Part shown: piece after piece, positions 41,075 through 50,888 of the stretch
Numbering within the stretch: the first letter of the stretch is position 1
Layout of the letters: the number at the start of each line of letters is the position of its first letter
Source: a bacterium
GTDB lineage: Bacteria; UBA8248
Length of the DNA stretch: 64,000 bases
NCBI GenBank assembly: GCA_965219955.1
Contig: OZ244799.1
Location: 2,528,001-2,592,000, forward strand
Direction of reading: 5' to 3'
Position numbers and translations under genes: made by a program
The notes under the pieces: generated by a model
Database searches by the model: none
Told to the model about the DNA's origin: nothing
The model's input: the letters and a program-made list of their open reading frames with translations, nothing else

Positions 41075-43983
41075 TCGCCCGAAAACCCGCTCCCGCCTCC
41101 GCTTTCCTTCTTCCTCTCCGGTTCAGACACGTCTTTCTTCCCATCCCCTCCGGGCGCCGCGTTGCGCGCCGTGCCGTAGAGTTTCCCGCCCAGCCATTCG
41201 CCCACGACGGGCAGGTCCTTCACGACGTGCTCGGCGAGAGGTTTGTCGGTTTCGGCGGCGATTCCAGGGCGTCCCTCCCCGATTCGCTCCCCCGTCACGC
41301 CCCTGCGGGCCGCACGTCCGGCCTCCCTGATGTCGAGTTCGGTCTCGATCTCCGCACGGCCCCGTACCGCCCGTTCACTGGCGCCCCCCGACACCGGCGC
41401 CCCTGCGCCCCGCGCGCGTTCACGCACCGATCCCGACCAGTCCGACCAAGCCGCGTCCGTCCCGCCCGTTTCGCGCAGCCTCTCTCTCGCCTGCTCAAAA
41501 TCCGTCCGGCCGGGAGCCGCCTCCGGCCCTCCGCCCGCCGGATAACGCTCGGCGATGAAGGCGGCGGCGTGGGCGCGCAGCACTTCCGCGTCTTCCGGAG
41601 TCTGTGGTGAGGCGATGCGCATCGCGCCCGCTACGCCTATCTCGCGCCCGTCCGCCCCCTCGCGCGCGGCGAGCCACGAGAAGAAGGGCTGGCCGAGCTC
41701 GCTCTCGATCGCACGGGAGTTTCCGCGCACCCGAGCCGCCTGGCTCGACCAGCTCTCGGCCTCCCTGCGGCTCACGGCCTCCTGCTCGGAGAAGCGGCGC
41801 ATCCGCGTGAGGTTTGCCCCTAAACTCTCATCCAGGCTCTTCATTTCGCTCTCGCCGGTAGCCGTCGCGTAGCGTCTCGAGGCGTCCGAGACACGCGACC
41901 ACAGGTCGAGCAACCCGTGCTGTCCCGCGTAGTCGGTCATCCGGTTCCACGCCTCGCGCGAGAAGGTCTGCCCGCGCCAGCTCGCCGACCCGTCCGCGCC
42001 TACCTTGACGATGAAGTCGAAGCCGCCGCCCATCCTGGCCTCGCCCGTCAAGACGGCGGCCTGCTCCTTCGTGATGCCGCCGGCCTGTGAGAGTTTTTCG
42101 AGGTGGGATTCGAGACGCTGCGCGCCCTGGTTCTCGCTCTCCGTCACCCCCCGCGCGTGGGTGAGGCCCGAGCGCACGTCGTGGGAAAATCGCTCGACCA
42201 TGGCCGCGGAGTCGGTCGCGGCGGCCGTACGCGCGGCGGCGGCTTCCGCCGAGAAGTGACGGGCCTGCTCGACCGCTTCGCCGGCTCTAACCTCGTGGCT
42301 CACAGCCAAAGACTCCGACAATCTGACGCCCGCGGCAGGCACCCGGCTCGTGGCGGAGCCTGCGTCCATCACGGCGCCGCCCTCTCCGGTCACGGTGTAG
42401 GCGGCGCCGCCCGGCGCGAAACCCGTGTAGCGGCCCGTATCGACGTGCGCCGAAGTCCTGAGCTGGTGTCCTTCCATCGTCGCGAAGCGGTGCGTGTCGG
42501 CTGTGGTGTTTCCGAGCGAGATGTTGCCCGTCGTACCCTCCTGCGCGGCGGCGGAGGCCGCCTCCTGTCCGACCGAGAGGACCGAAGTGGCGAGGCTCGT
42601 CGCCCGTCCCACACCGTAGGCGAGGGCGGCGGCGAGGAAGGGCACCGACATCGAGAGGTAGCCCGACATCACGGCCACGTCTGCCGCCACGGCCCGTATC
42701 CCCGCCTGGGCCACGAGCGAGACGCCAATGTCTCCTCCCGGCATGAGCGCCGCGGCGCTCATGCGCTCCGCGGCCTCGCCCATGGCGATGCGGTGAAGAA
42801 TCGCGTAGAGCGGCCCCCAGCTCTGGAGCCAGACGAGGCCCGAGAAGTAGGAGCGGAATATGGCCCCGCCCGCAGGCGTCAGCATCAACAGGACCGCCAT
42901 GGGGAACGCCCCCACGTAGAGGCACTCGAACACGACTCGAAGCATCGGGACCCAGGTTTCCGCCTGCCTGCCGATCGCCCGGTAGGCGGAGACGGTCTGA
43001 GCCTCCGCCCTGGCCTCGGTGTAGGACCTCAGCGCCGCGGCGTTCCCGGCCTCGGCGCTCCATTGTTCGCCCGCGTCGTGCATGGCGTTCAGCACCATCT
43101 GCTGGCGCAGGACCTCGGCCGCGCTCCGCGATACTCCAATCAGGAAGTCGTGTGCGGCGGGAAGCGCCGCCATGAGTTCCGTACGGGCAAGCGCCTCAGT
43201 CGCCGCCCCGGGGAAGAGCCTCTGGCCAAAGACGCCTGTGGCGCGGGTGACCTCCGCCCCCCATAGGACGTCGAGACGCGAGGCTGCCGTGGCGCACGTC
43301 ACGATCTCCCGGTCCAGCGTCGTTGCGCCCGTGCCCGCGAGTGCCCCACGGGTCACGTATTCGACCATGCGCGCGGGCGAGGCGCCCGCAGACGGCGAAC
43401 CCGAGGCGGTGACGAGCGCCCACAGGTCCGTGCTCTCGCGCAGGTCATCGGCGGAAATATGACCGAGCAGCAGGGCATGGAACACGCATTGCCGCGCGTA
43501 GGCTCTCAGGTTCCGGGAAAAAACGGCGTCGGTGACTTCCATCCGGGTCGCGGCGGCGGCGAGCCGCGCGCCGAAGATGAGCCCGTGCCTGCGGTAAACG
43601 AGGTCGTCCGGCAGGGCGAAGGCCTGCTCGCTCAGGCGCGTCAACCCTTCCCCCACCCGGCTCGTGAGCGAGGCGAAGAGCGCGAGTCCCAGCGGCACGT
43701 TCGCAACGACCGCGGGCGCGAGGGCGGGATCGAGGCGGTCCACCACCCGCACCGTCGCCCTGGGAACCACCAGCGCGCCCCAGACGCAGACGAAGAGAAG
43801 CAGCCACTTCGCGTTGTCCTTCCACGACCCGCCGAATGCGGTGCGGAACAGCGCCCAGGCGAGTCCCGTCACGCCCGCGATCTGGGCGAGCGTCACGAAG
43901 GCGCCCCCGCCCGTGATCGCGGCGACCGCGTTCAGGAGGTCGACCAGGTAGGTCCCGCCGCCAAGTGTGAAGATTTCATGCAT
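41056..43983 (-). CDS. traG: Mating-pair stabilization protein TraG (F-type)
   Basis: MHEIFTLGGG..L..LLNAVAA, VANVPLGLA, WLQSWGPLYAIL. Start ATG 43983. Confidence 0.92.
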   Translation of the reverse strand: MHEIFTLGGGTYLVDLLNAVAAITGGGAFVTLAQIAGVTGLAWALFRTAFGGSWKDNAKWLLLFVCVWGALVVPRATVRVVDRLDPALAPAVVANVPLGLALFASLTSRVGEGLTRLSEQAFALPDDLVYRRHGLIFGARLAAAATRMEVTDAVFSRNLRAYARQCVFHALLLGHISADDLRESTDLWALVTASGSPSAGASPARMVEYVTRGALAGTGATTLDREIVTCATAASRLDVLWGAEVTRATGVFGQRLFPGAATEALARTELMAALPAAHDFLIGVSRSAAEVLRQQMVLNAMHDAGEQWSAEAGNAAALRSYTEARAEAQTVSAYRAIGRQAETWVPMLRVVFECLYVGAFPMAVLLMLTPAGGAIFRSYFSGLVWLQSWGPLYAILHRIAMGEAAERMSAAALMPGGDIGVSLVAQAGIRAVAADVAVMSGYLSMSVPFLAAALAYGVGRATSLATSVLSVGQEAASAAAQEGTTGNISLGNTTADTHRFATMEGHQLRTSAHVDTGRYTGFAPGGAAYTVTGEGGAVMDAGSATSRVPAAGVRLSESLAVSHEVRAGEAVEQARHFSAEAAAARTAAATDSAAMVERFSHDVRSGLTHARGVTESENQGAQRLESHLEKLSQAGGITKEQAAVLTGEARMGGGFDFIVKVGADGSASWRGQTFSREAWNRMTDYAGQHGLLDLWSRVSDASRRYATATGESEMKSLDESLGANLTRMRRFSEQEAVSRREAESWSSQAARVRGNSRAIESELGQPFFSWLAAREGADGREIGVAGAMRIASPQTPEDAEVLRAHAAAFIAERYPAGGGPEAAPGRTDFEQARERLRETGGTDAAWSDWSGSVRERARGAGAPVSGGASERAVRGRAEIETELDIREAGRAARRGVTGERIGEGRPGIAAETDKPLAEHVVKDLPVVGEWLGGKLYGTARNAAPGGDGKKDVSEPERKKESGGGSGFSGDQVMGP

Positions 43984-43994
43984 GGATGTTTTTC

Positions 43995-45407
43995 CTAGCG
44001 CGAGCCGGCGGCGCCGCGCGAGAAGGCGAGCGCCGCGCGGAGGTCCGCCGAGAGCGCGCCCGCGAGTTCGGTCTCGATGAGACGCAGTTTCTCGACCACG
44101 GCCAGGGCGGTGTTGAAGCGCTTGAGGCCCTCGCCCCGATGCCTGGCGAGGGCGGCGCGGTTCCTGCGCAGTCCCTCGCGCCAGCGCGTGAGCCGTTCGC
44201 CGTCGGCGACGTCCATGGATCCCGCGCGCTCCTCGATGGTGCGATGCAAGTCCGATATCCAGACCTGCAATACGTCGAGCGCCACCGCTTCGGCGAGCGC
44301 GTCCACCTCCTGTTCCACCACCGCGCCGCGGTAGGCGGCCGCCGCGTTCACGAGCCGGTAGACGGGAAGCGTCGTGAGGTTCACGAGTCCCAGGGCGTCG
44401 GCCGGAGGCGCCGTGTCCGTCCGCACCGCGTCGACCAACTCGCGGAGCAGCTCCGCGACCCGGTTCCGGAAACCCCGCGCCGCGGGCACCGTGAGGCGTC
44501 CGAGCGTGGGGTTGAGACACTCGACGGGCGTGTCGCACCTGTAGACCGGCAGTTCGCCGCCGCCTTCCATCAGGACCTCGGTCACGCGGCGGTCGAGCGC
44601 CAGGGGCTCCAAGACGCGCACGCGGGGACCGGAAGAATCGGCGTCGGTGACCGGCGCGGTCACGATGATCGATCCTGAGACCGACATGGCGAACTCGCCC
44701 AGGTCCCGGTCCGAAGCCAGGAAGCCCGAAGCCCGCATTGCGCGCCAGGCGTAGTTCACGTTGACGGGCGCCTGTTCCTTGAGCGGCCCCGATGCCGCGG
44801 CCAGGGTCGAATTGCGCTTCCCGTCCGCCCCGCAACCGTGGCGCGCGGCGGCGTAGTCCGAAAATATCCCCTGCCGCGTCCCGACCGCGGCGCAGATGGC
44901 CGCACTCGCGCGATCGTTCTTGGACCAGACGGCGCCGACCAGGGCCTGGGCCGTCTCGCAGGAGTTCAGGTTCTGGTTGTTCACCCACTGGGCGAGCGCA
45001 CGGAGTTTCGACATCGTCTCGGCGATCACGGGCGATATGGTCTCCAGCGCCAGTTCGAAGGCGAATCCCGCCGCGTTCTGCGCGACGGCGCGCGCGAAGG
45101 CGATCATCTGGTCAGAGTCGATGAAGGAAAACGCGCCCGCGAACGCGTCGATGCCGCCGCAGCCGGCGCGGTATGAGGGCAGGCTCACAGTTGCGATGGA
45201 TTCGGACCTCACCGGCGCCCTGAGATACAGGTTGCCGAGCGTCCAGTGGCCCGAAGCCTGGCCGTCGAAGGCGGTGGGCCCGGTGGTGTTCACCGCCGCG
45301 CCCCGCCAGAAGTTTTCCATCTCGGAGAGAACGTCCGCGCGTGCGGGGGCGGCAAAAAGGAACGCGGCGCCCAGGATGAGCAATATGAAAATTCGGCTAG
45401 TAGTCAC
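43995..45407 (-). CDS. traH: F-type pilus assembly protein TraH
   Basis: PSYRAGCGGIDAFAGAFSFI, NSCETAQALV. Confidence 0.94.
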   Translation of the reverse strand: MTTSRIFILLILGAAFLFAAPARADVLSEMENFWRGAAVNTTGPTAFDGQASGHWTLGNLYLRAPVRSESIATVSLPSYRAGCGGIDAFAGAFSFIDSDQMIAFARAVAQNAAGFAFELALETISPVIAETMSKLRALAQWVNNQNLNSCETAQALVGAVWSKNDRASAAICAAVGTRQGIFSDYAAARHGCGADGKRNSTLAAASGPLKEQAPVNVNYAWRAMRASGFLASDRDLGEFAMSVSGSIIVTAPVTDADSSGPRVRVLEPLALDRRVTEVLMEGGGELPVYRCDTPVECLNPTLGRLTVPAARGFRNRVAELLRELVDAVRTDTAPPADALGLVNLTTLPVYRLVNAAAAYRGAVVEQEVDALAEAVALDVLQVWISDLHRTIEERAGSMDVADGERLTRWREGLRRNRAALARHRGEGLKRFNTALAVVEKLRLIETELAGALSADLRAALAFSRGAAGSR

Positions 45408-46182
45408 TTCCCACCTCCCTGGCGGTGAGGGCGAAGATGCGCTCCGCCAGTTGGTCCTCGGCCACGACGCCGTAGGAGACCGGGATCGCGCGTTTTATCT
45501 TCGTGTCGTAGAGCACGACGGCGGGCAGGACCGGGGCCTTTATTCCAAGACGAGCGGCGCGGCCGTTGTCCGGGACCGCCTCTGGCCAGCCCTCAATAGC
45601 ACCGCCGGTCATCGAGACGGCGAGAACTTCCAGCCCGTGGCGAAGCGCGAAGGCGCGAAGGAGGGGCCCGAAGACGCGGCATCCCGGACATTTCTCAGAA
45701 CCCAGGTAGATGAGGCCGTAGCGCTCGCCGAGCCCTTTCAGGACGCCCTCGCGCTCCGCTCTTCGCTCTTCTGTCCAGAGCCTCTTGGCCAGCGCGCCAA
45801 CCGGGCGCCTCAGCGTGTAGTCGAGAGCGGGATTCGCCCAGACCGCGCGGCGGAAGGCGTCCGAGAACGCGGCGGCGGATTGTAAGGCCTCCTGCTGAAG
45901 GCGGAGGTAGGCCGTTACGTTCCCGGGCGTCGGCTCCAGGATCGCCTGCGCGCGGGCTTCTTCCAGCGCCCGGTGTGTCGCGAGGATCTGCTCTTTGGCG
46001 CTCGTGGCCGGCGGCGCCTTCGTCGCCTGCGCCTCATCTTCCGTTACCTCCTCGCTCCGGTCGCAATAGAAGTGCCAGCCGAGGGGAGCTTCCGCGCCGC
46101 ACCAGGCGCGTAACTCCCGCGCCTGCGCAGTAAGCGCGCTGAGCGTCATGAGCATGAAGACCAGGATATAGATAACGGTCAT
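45397..46182 (-). CDS. traF: F-type TraF (thioredoxin-like)
   Basis: GWHFYCD, AILEPT, CPGC, PVSYGVVAEDQL. Confidence 0.92.
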   Translation of the reverse strand: MTVIYILVFMLMTLSALTAQARELRAWCGAEAPLGWHFYCDRSEEVTEDEAQATKAPPATSAKEQILATHRALEEARAQAILEPTPGNVTAYLRLQQEALQSAAAFSDAFRRAVWANPALDYTLRRPVGALAKRLWTEERRAEREGVLKGLGERYGLIYLGSEKCPGCRVFGPLLRAFALRHGLEVLAVSMTGGAIEGWPEAVPDNGRAARLGIKAPVLPAVVLYDTKIKRAIPVSYGVVAEDQLAERIFALTAREVGSDY

Positions 46183-46191
46183 GTTCGTTCC

Positions 46192-47268
46192 TCACTTCTT
46201 CCTGTCATAGAAATCGCGTATGCGCCCTCTCATCACGGAGCCGGTATCCCCGGAGTCGGGGAGCGTGACGGAAGGCTCGCTCGCGCCGTCCATGAGATCA
46301 TCGGTGAACTCGGACAGGTCCACGGCCTCGAAGTCGATCCGCTCCATCTCCGAGACTGTAAAGCCCCGGCAGCTGCTCCAGCCGATCCCGAACTGCGCCC
46401 GCGCCGCCTCCTGCAGGATGCGGCCGAGCTTGGACCCGAAGACGCACCAGACCCGCTCCCTGCGGACGCAGACCCCGAATATGCGCTTCGCGCACCGCGT
46501 GCCCAGGTAATGCGTCTTCCCGGCGTGGCGCTCCTGCGCCAGGAGTCGCTCGCCCTCGGTGCAGTCGCCCAGGCCGATGAGGAGGCCCGAGTTCTTGCAA
46601 CAGTTCGCCAGCCCGCCCCAGCGGATCCGGCACGATCTGCGCTCGCCCCGGAAGAAGAGCAGGTTTTCGCGGTCGAATTCTTCGCCGCCCAGTTCGAGAA
46701 CCATGTTGAGTTTGGCCGCAGCGCCCACGAACCCGGTGTTAGCCTGAGAGGTCCTGGTCTCGCAGTCCGCTCCAACGCACCAGGTAACGGAGCCGCAGGC
46801 GCCGCCCGATTCGGCCTGATCGAGACCCAACGCGCAGTCGGATACCGACCCCGACGCCAGGCCTGCGGCACCGAAACGCGAAGCGCCCGGGTCGTCCTGT
46901 ATCTCCTCGCCGCGCACGGGGATCGGGTCGTCCGTTCCGACCGGCGCTTCAGGGCGCTCGGTCGTCCCCTCGATCACGGCGCGCCCTGCGCGGCCGCCCG
47001 GGTCATCGGGATCGGCGAGCGCGCGGGCAGCGGCGTCTTCCAGATCGGCAGCACCCAGGTCCCGCTCGGGCCTGCTCGTTCCCGCATAGCCGGGCACATT
47101 GGATGCCGAAGCGGGATCCTTGGCGACGGCGGCCGCCGCCGACCGTCCCGCATTGCCCATCGCGCGGGCGGCCGCCTTGGGGTCCTCCGCGCGGGCACCG
47201 CCGCCAGCTGCGAGATGAATCAGGAAAAAAAGCAGGGCGGTCACCCCAATCGGTGCGTTTCGCTTCAC
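46192..47268 (-). CDS. traN: Short TraN (mating-pair stabilization)
   Basis: Cys-rich C-terminus FRGE...C...NCCK...HYLGTRC...WCVFGSKLGRILQE...IDFEAVDLSEF. GTG start 47268, 358 aa. Confidence 0.88.
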   Translation of the reverse strand: MKRNAPIGVTALLFFLIHLAAGGGARAEDPKAAARAMGNAGRSAAAAVAKDPASASNVPGYAGTSRPERDLGAADLEDAAARALADPDDPGGRAGRAVIEGTTERPEAPVGTDDPIPVRGEEIQDDPGASRFGAAGLASGSVSDCALGLDQAESGGACGSVTWCVGADCETRTSQANTGFVGAAAKLNMVLELGGEEFDRENLLFFRGERRSCRIRWGGLANCCKNSGLLIGLGDCTEGERLLAQERHAGKTHYLGTRCAKRIFGVCVRRERVWCVFGSKLGRILQEAARAQFGIGWSSCRGFTVSEMERIDFEAVDLSEFTDDLMDGASEPSVTLPDSGDTGSVMRGRIRDFYDRKK

Positions 47269-47975
47269 CTGGAATCTCCTCTTAATTCTGCAAGATGACG
47301 CCGCGCCGTCTCGCGTCCCGGCCCGCCTTCCTGGGCGATCGCAGCGAGCGCCGCTTCGAGGCCGATGTTCCCCCCGATAACTTCGTGGGGAGGTGCTGTG
47401 TCCGCCGAACAACCGCGGGTCGCACAAGGCGGGACGCCGCCTGGAATGACGGCGACGGCGGGGACCGCCTCGATGCCAAACAGCCGGAAAAGGCGCGGGT
47501 CTATGGCGGCGCCGGCATTTGCAGGGAGATACGCACCCACGCGCTTCACCGTAGCCCTGAGTCCTCCCCGCACGACGCCGCGCAGAACCAGCGGCGCGCC
47601 GATCCTGGCCGCCTCCACGCTCCATTCACCCCAGGCCGCTGCGGGAACCGATAGACTCATGAAGACGATGACCTCAGAACCTTGTGGAGGTTCGGAGAAC
47701 CTGCCCGCCAGGCGGCCGGCCTGATCCTCGGCCGGGAGGGGGGCGGGGGTCTCAGGGGCGTTTTTTCCGGCGCGTTCGAGGGCGCGCTCCAGCACGGAAC
47801 GCGACCAGGCGCCCAAGTCGGCGGGTGGAGGTTTTTTCTTGTTCCGTAATGCCCTTTCCACCATATCCCGGGCGGTCTCTTCGGCTGTTTCCTGCGCGAG
47901 GGCCGGAGCAGACAACGCCGCGAGAAGGAGCGCATATGAGAGAACAACGCTTCGCAGAATCAGGAATCGTTTCAT
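47265..47975 (-). CDS. trbC: F-type pilin assembly protein TrbC
   Basis: VFMSLSVP, LVLRG, IDPRLFRLFGIEAVPA, GNIGLEAAL. Confidence 0.9.
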   Translation of the reverse strand: MKRFLILRSVVLSYALLLAALSAPALAQETAEETARDMVERALRNKKKPPPADLGAWSRSVLERALERAGKNAPETPAPLPAEDQAGRLAGRFSEPPQGSEVIVFMSLSVPAAAWGEWSVEAARIGAPLVLRGVVRGGLRATVKRVGAYLPANAGAAIDPRLFRLFGIEAVPAVAVIPGGVPPCATRGCSADTAPPHEVIGGNIGLEAALAAIAQEGGPGRETARRHLAELRGDSR

Positions 47976-47988
47976 CCAATCCACCCAA

Positions 47989-48990
47989 TCAGAGGAGGCA
48001 GCAGTTGCGCTTGCGCCAGAGGAGATAGCCAAAGTTTTCTCCCGCGACGGGAAGTTCGCGGAGCGCCTCCCAGAGCACGGTGGAGCGGCCCGTGGGGTTG
48101 CAGCCCGTGAGCGAGGAGGTGGCGGGCACCGGCTGGGTCATCTGCCAGCGGTACTGTGATTTCTTCATGATGGGCATGGGGTAGCGGCCGCACAGGGCGG
48201 CCGAGCCCGACGTGCCCCAGGCGAGAAGCATGCGGTGCAGGCGGAAGACGAGCCTTTGCGCTGCGAGGAGCGATGCCTGCACGCCGCCCACGTGGGCGCC
48301 CACGTTGCCCGTCAGGGGGTACATCGCGCCCTGACAGCCCGCGCACCAGTAGAGCGCGTCGAGCGGGAGACCCGCAGAGGCCGCCGCGCAGTCGGCGGCG
48401 CAGGCCGCCTGGGCGGGCAGGTCCGCGAAGAGGGCGGCTTCGGGGTTCAGCAGAAACGACAGCTCATCATCCCGCCAGGCGGGGTCGAGTTCCGAGACCC
48501 AGGCGATGTCGAGGCCGCCGCCTTCCAGGCAGCCGAGGTCCAGCAGCGCCCCGATCCACGAGAGCAGGGGATAGACGTAGTAGTGGGCGTGCCATGTGGA
48601 GCCCTGAGCGCCGTCCCCGCCCGATGCGCCCGTCCGACCGCGTCCCGCCGGCAAACCCCCGTCGATGGTCAATCCACCGAGATTCGGAAAACACCAGGGC
48701 GCGCGGCTCGCGTCGATCAGGCGCGCCGGCTCCCAGACACCGAGCGAGAGACCGATCCGGGGGATGGGACTCCCGCAGTAACAGATCGGGGACCCCGGGT
48801 TGGGCGTATCCGGCGCGCCGGCGGCCGCGCCTATCCGGATCGGTCCTATCGATATCGGAAAAAGGCACTCCCAGCACACGTCCGTCACGGGGTTCACGAA
48901 ACGGCCCGTGCACGACTGCGCGGATGCCTTCCCGGCCCAGAGGGCGAAGGAGAGGAGAAGGATTGAAATGAATAAAATCCGGCGCTTCAT
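47989..48990 (-). CDS. traU: TraU
   Basis: CTGRFVNPVTDVCWECLFPI, WCAGCQG, WRKRNCC. Confidence 0.96.
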   Translation of the reverse strand: MKRRILFISILLLSFALWAGKASAQSCTGRFVNPVTDVCWECLFPISIGPIRIGAAAGAPDTPNPGSPICYCGSPIPRIGLSLGVWEPARLIDASRAPWCFPNLGGLTIDGGLPAGRGRTGASGGDGAQGSTWHAHYYVYPLLSWIGALLDLGCLEGGGLDIAWVSELDPAWRDDELSFLLNPEAALFADLPAQAACAADCAAASAGLPLDALYWCAGCQGAMYPLTGNVGAHVGGVQASLLAAQRLVFRLHRMLLAWGTSGSAALCGRYPMPIMKKSQYRWQMTQPVPATSSLTGCNPTGRSTVLWEALRELPVAGENFGYLLWRKRNCCLL

Positions 48991-49652
48991 GGGCGCTCCC
49001 CCGCGCTTTCGGGTTCGTCTTCGAGCGGCACTTCCGTGATCCGCAGGAAGACTCCATCCGCCGCGACCAACGAAGGCGTGGCGACGACGCCCAGGCGCCT
49101 CGCGAGCCTGCCGCCCTGGTCGAAGAAGAAAGCCCGCCCGTGGGCGCGGGTTAGATCTAGCGGACGGCCCGCGAGCAGTACGATGACCGAGGGTTTATCG
49201 CGGGCAAGCGCCCAGTCGACCTCAACCGGACGCGCCCCGTCGATGAAGAGCAGCTCTCGCGTGAGGGGACGTCTTTCGAGCGGATTGATCCGCGTCCCCC
49301 GGGCCGCGACCAGCGTCCCCTCGGCCGTCCTGATGTCCTGTTCGACCGTGACTGTGGGGTCGAACCGCCTGATCCTGAGAAACCGCGCGGGCGCGACGCC
49401 CGCGACGCGGGGAGGCGCCTCGACCCGCTCCCGGGCGCGTTCCACGGCTTCGCGCCTCATGCGGTCCGCCTCGCCCGTGTCCTCCATCGCCTTGAGCCTG
49501 GCCTCGATCTCGCGCAAAAGGTCGGGCTCCTCGATGGGCCATACTGCCCCGCGGACGCCAAGGTCCTTCGCCGCAGCGGTGCCCGCTGCGAGAGCGAGGA
49601 CGCATGCCATCACGGCCCTCATGAGACGTGAATGAAGCAAGTGTCGCCTCAT
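48987..49652 (-). CDS. traW: TraW
   Basis: DLGVRGAVWPIEEPD, FDPT, INPL, FFDQGG. Confidence 0.94.
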   Translation of the reverse strand: MRRHLLHSRLMRAVMACVLALAAGTAAAKDLGVRGAVWPIEEPDLLREIEARLKAMEDTGEADRMRREAVERARERVEAPPRVAGVAPARFLRIRRFDPTVTVEQDIRTAEGTLVAARGTRINPLERRPLTRELLFIDGARPVEVDWALARDKPSVIVLLAGRPLDLTRAHGRAFFFDQGGRLARRLGVVATPSLVAADGVFLRITEVPLEDEPESAGERP

Positions 49653-50203
49653 GGCCGCGCCTCCTCGGGCTTCGCGAGGGGGCCTTGGAGGCCCAGCCAG
49701 GGGAGGTCGGGGAGCGGAAGGGCGCGGCCCCGGATGCGTCCGCGCGGCACCAGGCCGATCTCCGCGTACCGGCTGTCGTGGCTGTCCGCGTGATCAGCGT
49801 GGACGAAGTAGCGGCCGGGCGGGATGACGCCGGGCGCTACGGCGTCCAATTCGCGGCCGTTCAGTGCGCGCCGCTTGGCGATTCCGATGAATTCTCCTCT
49901 CACGAAGACACGGCGCTCGGAATCCACCGCCACGCTGTCTCCCGGCAGGCCGATAACGCGCTTCATGTAGGGGATGGTGGAACCCGTGGCTTCGGGCGGG
50001 TCGAACAGCACGAGGTCGCCGCGCCCGGGCGCGCCCATCACCGGCAGCGAGAAATACCCCCATGCGCCGTCCGACCAACTCGCGTTCACGTGGACGCGCG
50101 AGGCCGCCACGAGCCACAGGCCCGAGAGCACGGCCATCAAGATCAGCAGCCTGAAGCCCCGGGGGTTTTTTCGGTTCGGCGTCTTGTCGTCTATCACCAT
50201 CAT
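49649..50203 (-). CDS. S26 conjugative signal peptidase (TrhF / P-type TraF-like pilin-processing enzyme)
   Basis: VNASWS, YMKRVIGLPGD, SHDSRY. Start ATG 50203. Confidence 0.85.
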   Translation of the reverse strand: MMVIDDKTPNRKNPRGFRLLILMAVLSGLWLVAASRVHVNASWSDGAWGYFSLPVMGAPGRGDLVLFDPPEATGSTIPYMKRVIGLPGDSVAVDSERRVFVRGEFIGIAKRRALNGRELDAVAPGVIPPGRYFVHADHADSHDSRYAEIGLVPRGRIRGRALPLPDLPWLGLQGPLAKPEEARP

Positions 50204-50580
50204 TTGATTTTTTCCTCCTTCTTCGTGGAACCCTTGCGGGATGCGAGCGCCGCCATCGCCGCCTCGACCTCGCGCGTCAAATCCTGTGCGCCCGCGGCGA
50301 CGGTACCCGCCGTGAGCAGGACGACGCCCCGGCGCGCGGCGGTTCGCGCGAGCGCCTCCTCCAGCCGTCTCGCCCAATCGCGCGCCTCGTCCAGGGCCTT
50401 CTTCGAGTCCCCACCATCGCGCAGCGACCTCGTCACGTAGTCCGCCGTGAGGCTCGACAGGCGCACGCTCGCGATACGGGGGATATTTTCGGTGACGAGG
50501 CGCACCGTCACGGCCGATACGGCGGCGGAGACGCCGGCGGCGAGGAGAAGAGCGGCCGCGAACGCGGAAACCCCGTTCAT
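50200..50580 (-). CDS. trbI: TrbI (F-type)
   Basis: N-terminal TM, C-terminal VLL...VAAGAQDLT; position between traC and traW. Confidence 0.75.
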   Translation of the reverse strand: MNGVSAFAAALLLAAGVSAAVSAVTVRLVTENIPRIASVRLSSLTADYVTRSLRDGGDSKKALDEARDWARRLEEALARTAARRGVVLLTAGTVAAGAQDLTREVEAAMAALASRKGSTKKEEKIK

Positions 50581-50888
50581 GGTCGTTCCCCCGCGGTGCA
50601 AAGCGCATCATTCATCTCGACCCATTCCGCGGCGTCCTGACGTCTGAACCAGGCCGTTCCCTCCTCGTCATGAAACATGTAGTGGAACCGGCCCGCGTAG
50701 AGGCGTTCATTGGCGTCGGCCGAGAGCACGCCCGAAGCGATAGCCGCGCGGAACACGGCGTCGGTGTCCTCATACACCCGGATGAAGCGCCCCCGTTCCG
50801 AGTGCCGCCTGCACTCAGGCCGCATCGCGCGAACCTCCCGCCTGAGGCGTCCCTGTTTCCTCTGTCGCCGCTTGCGCTTTCGTGGCAT
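50577..50888 (-). CDS. Hypothetical protein with Arg/Lys-rich N-terminus
   Basis: RBS AGGAGG before ATG 50888; stop overlaps the trbI start. Confidence 0.55.
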   Translation of the reverse strand: MPRKRKRRQRKQGRLRREVRAMRPECRRHSERGRFIRVYEDTDAVFRAAIASGVLSADANERLYAGRFHYMFHDEEGTAWFRRQDAAEWVEMNDALCTAGERP

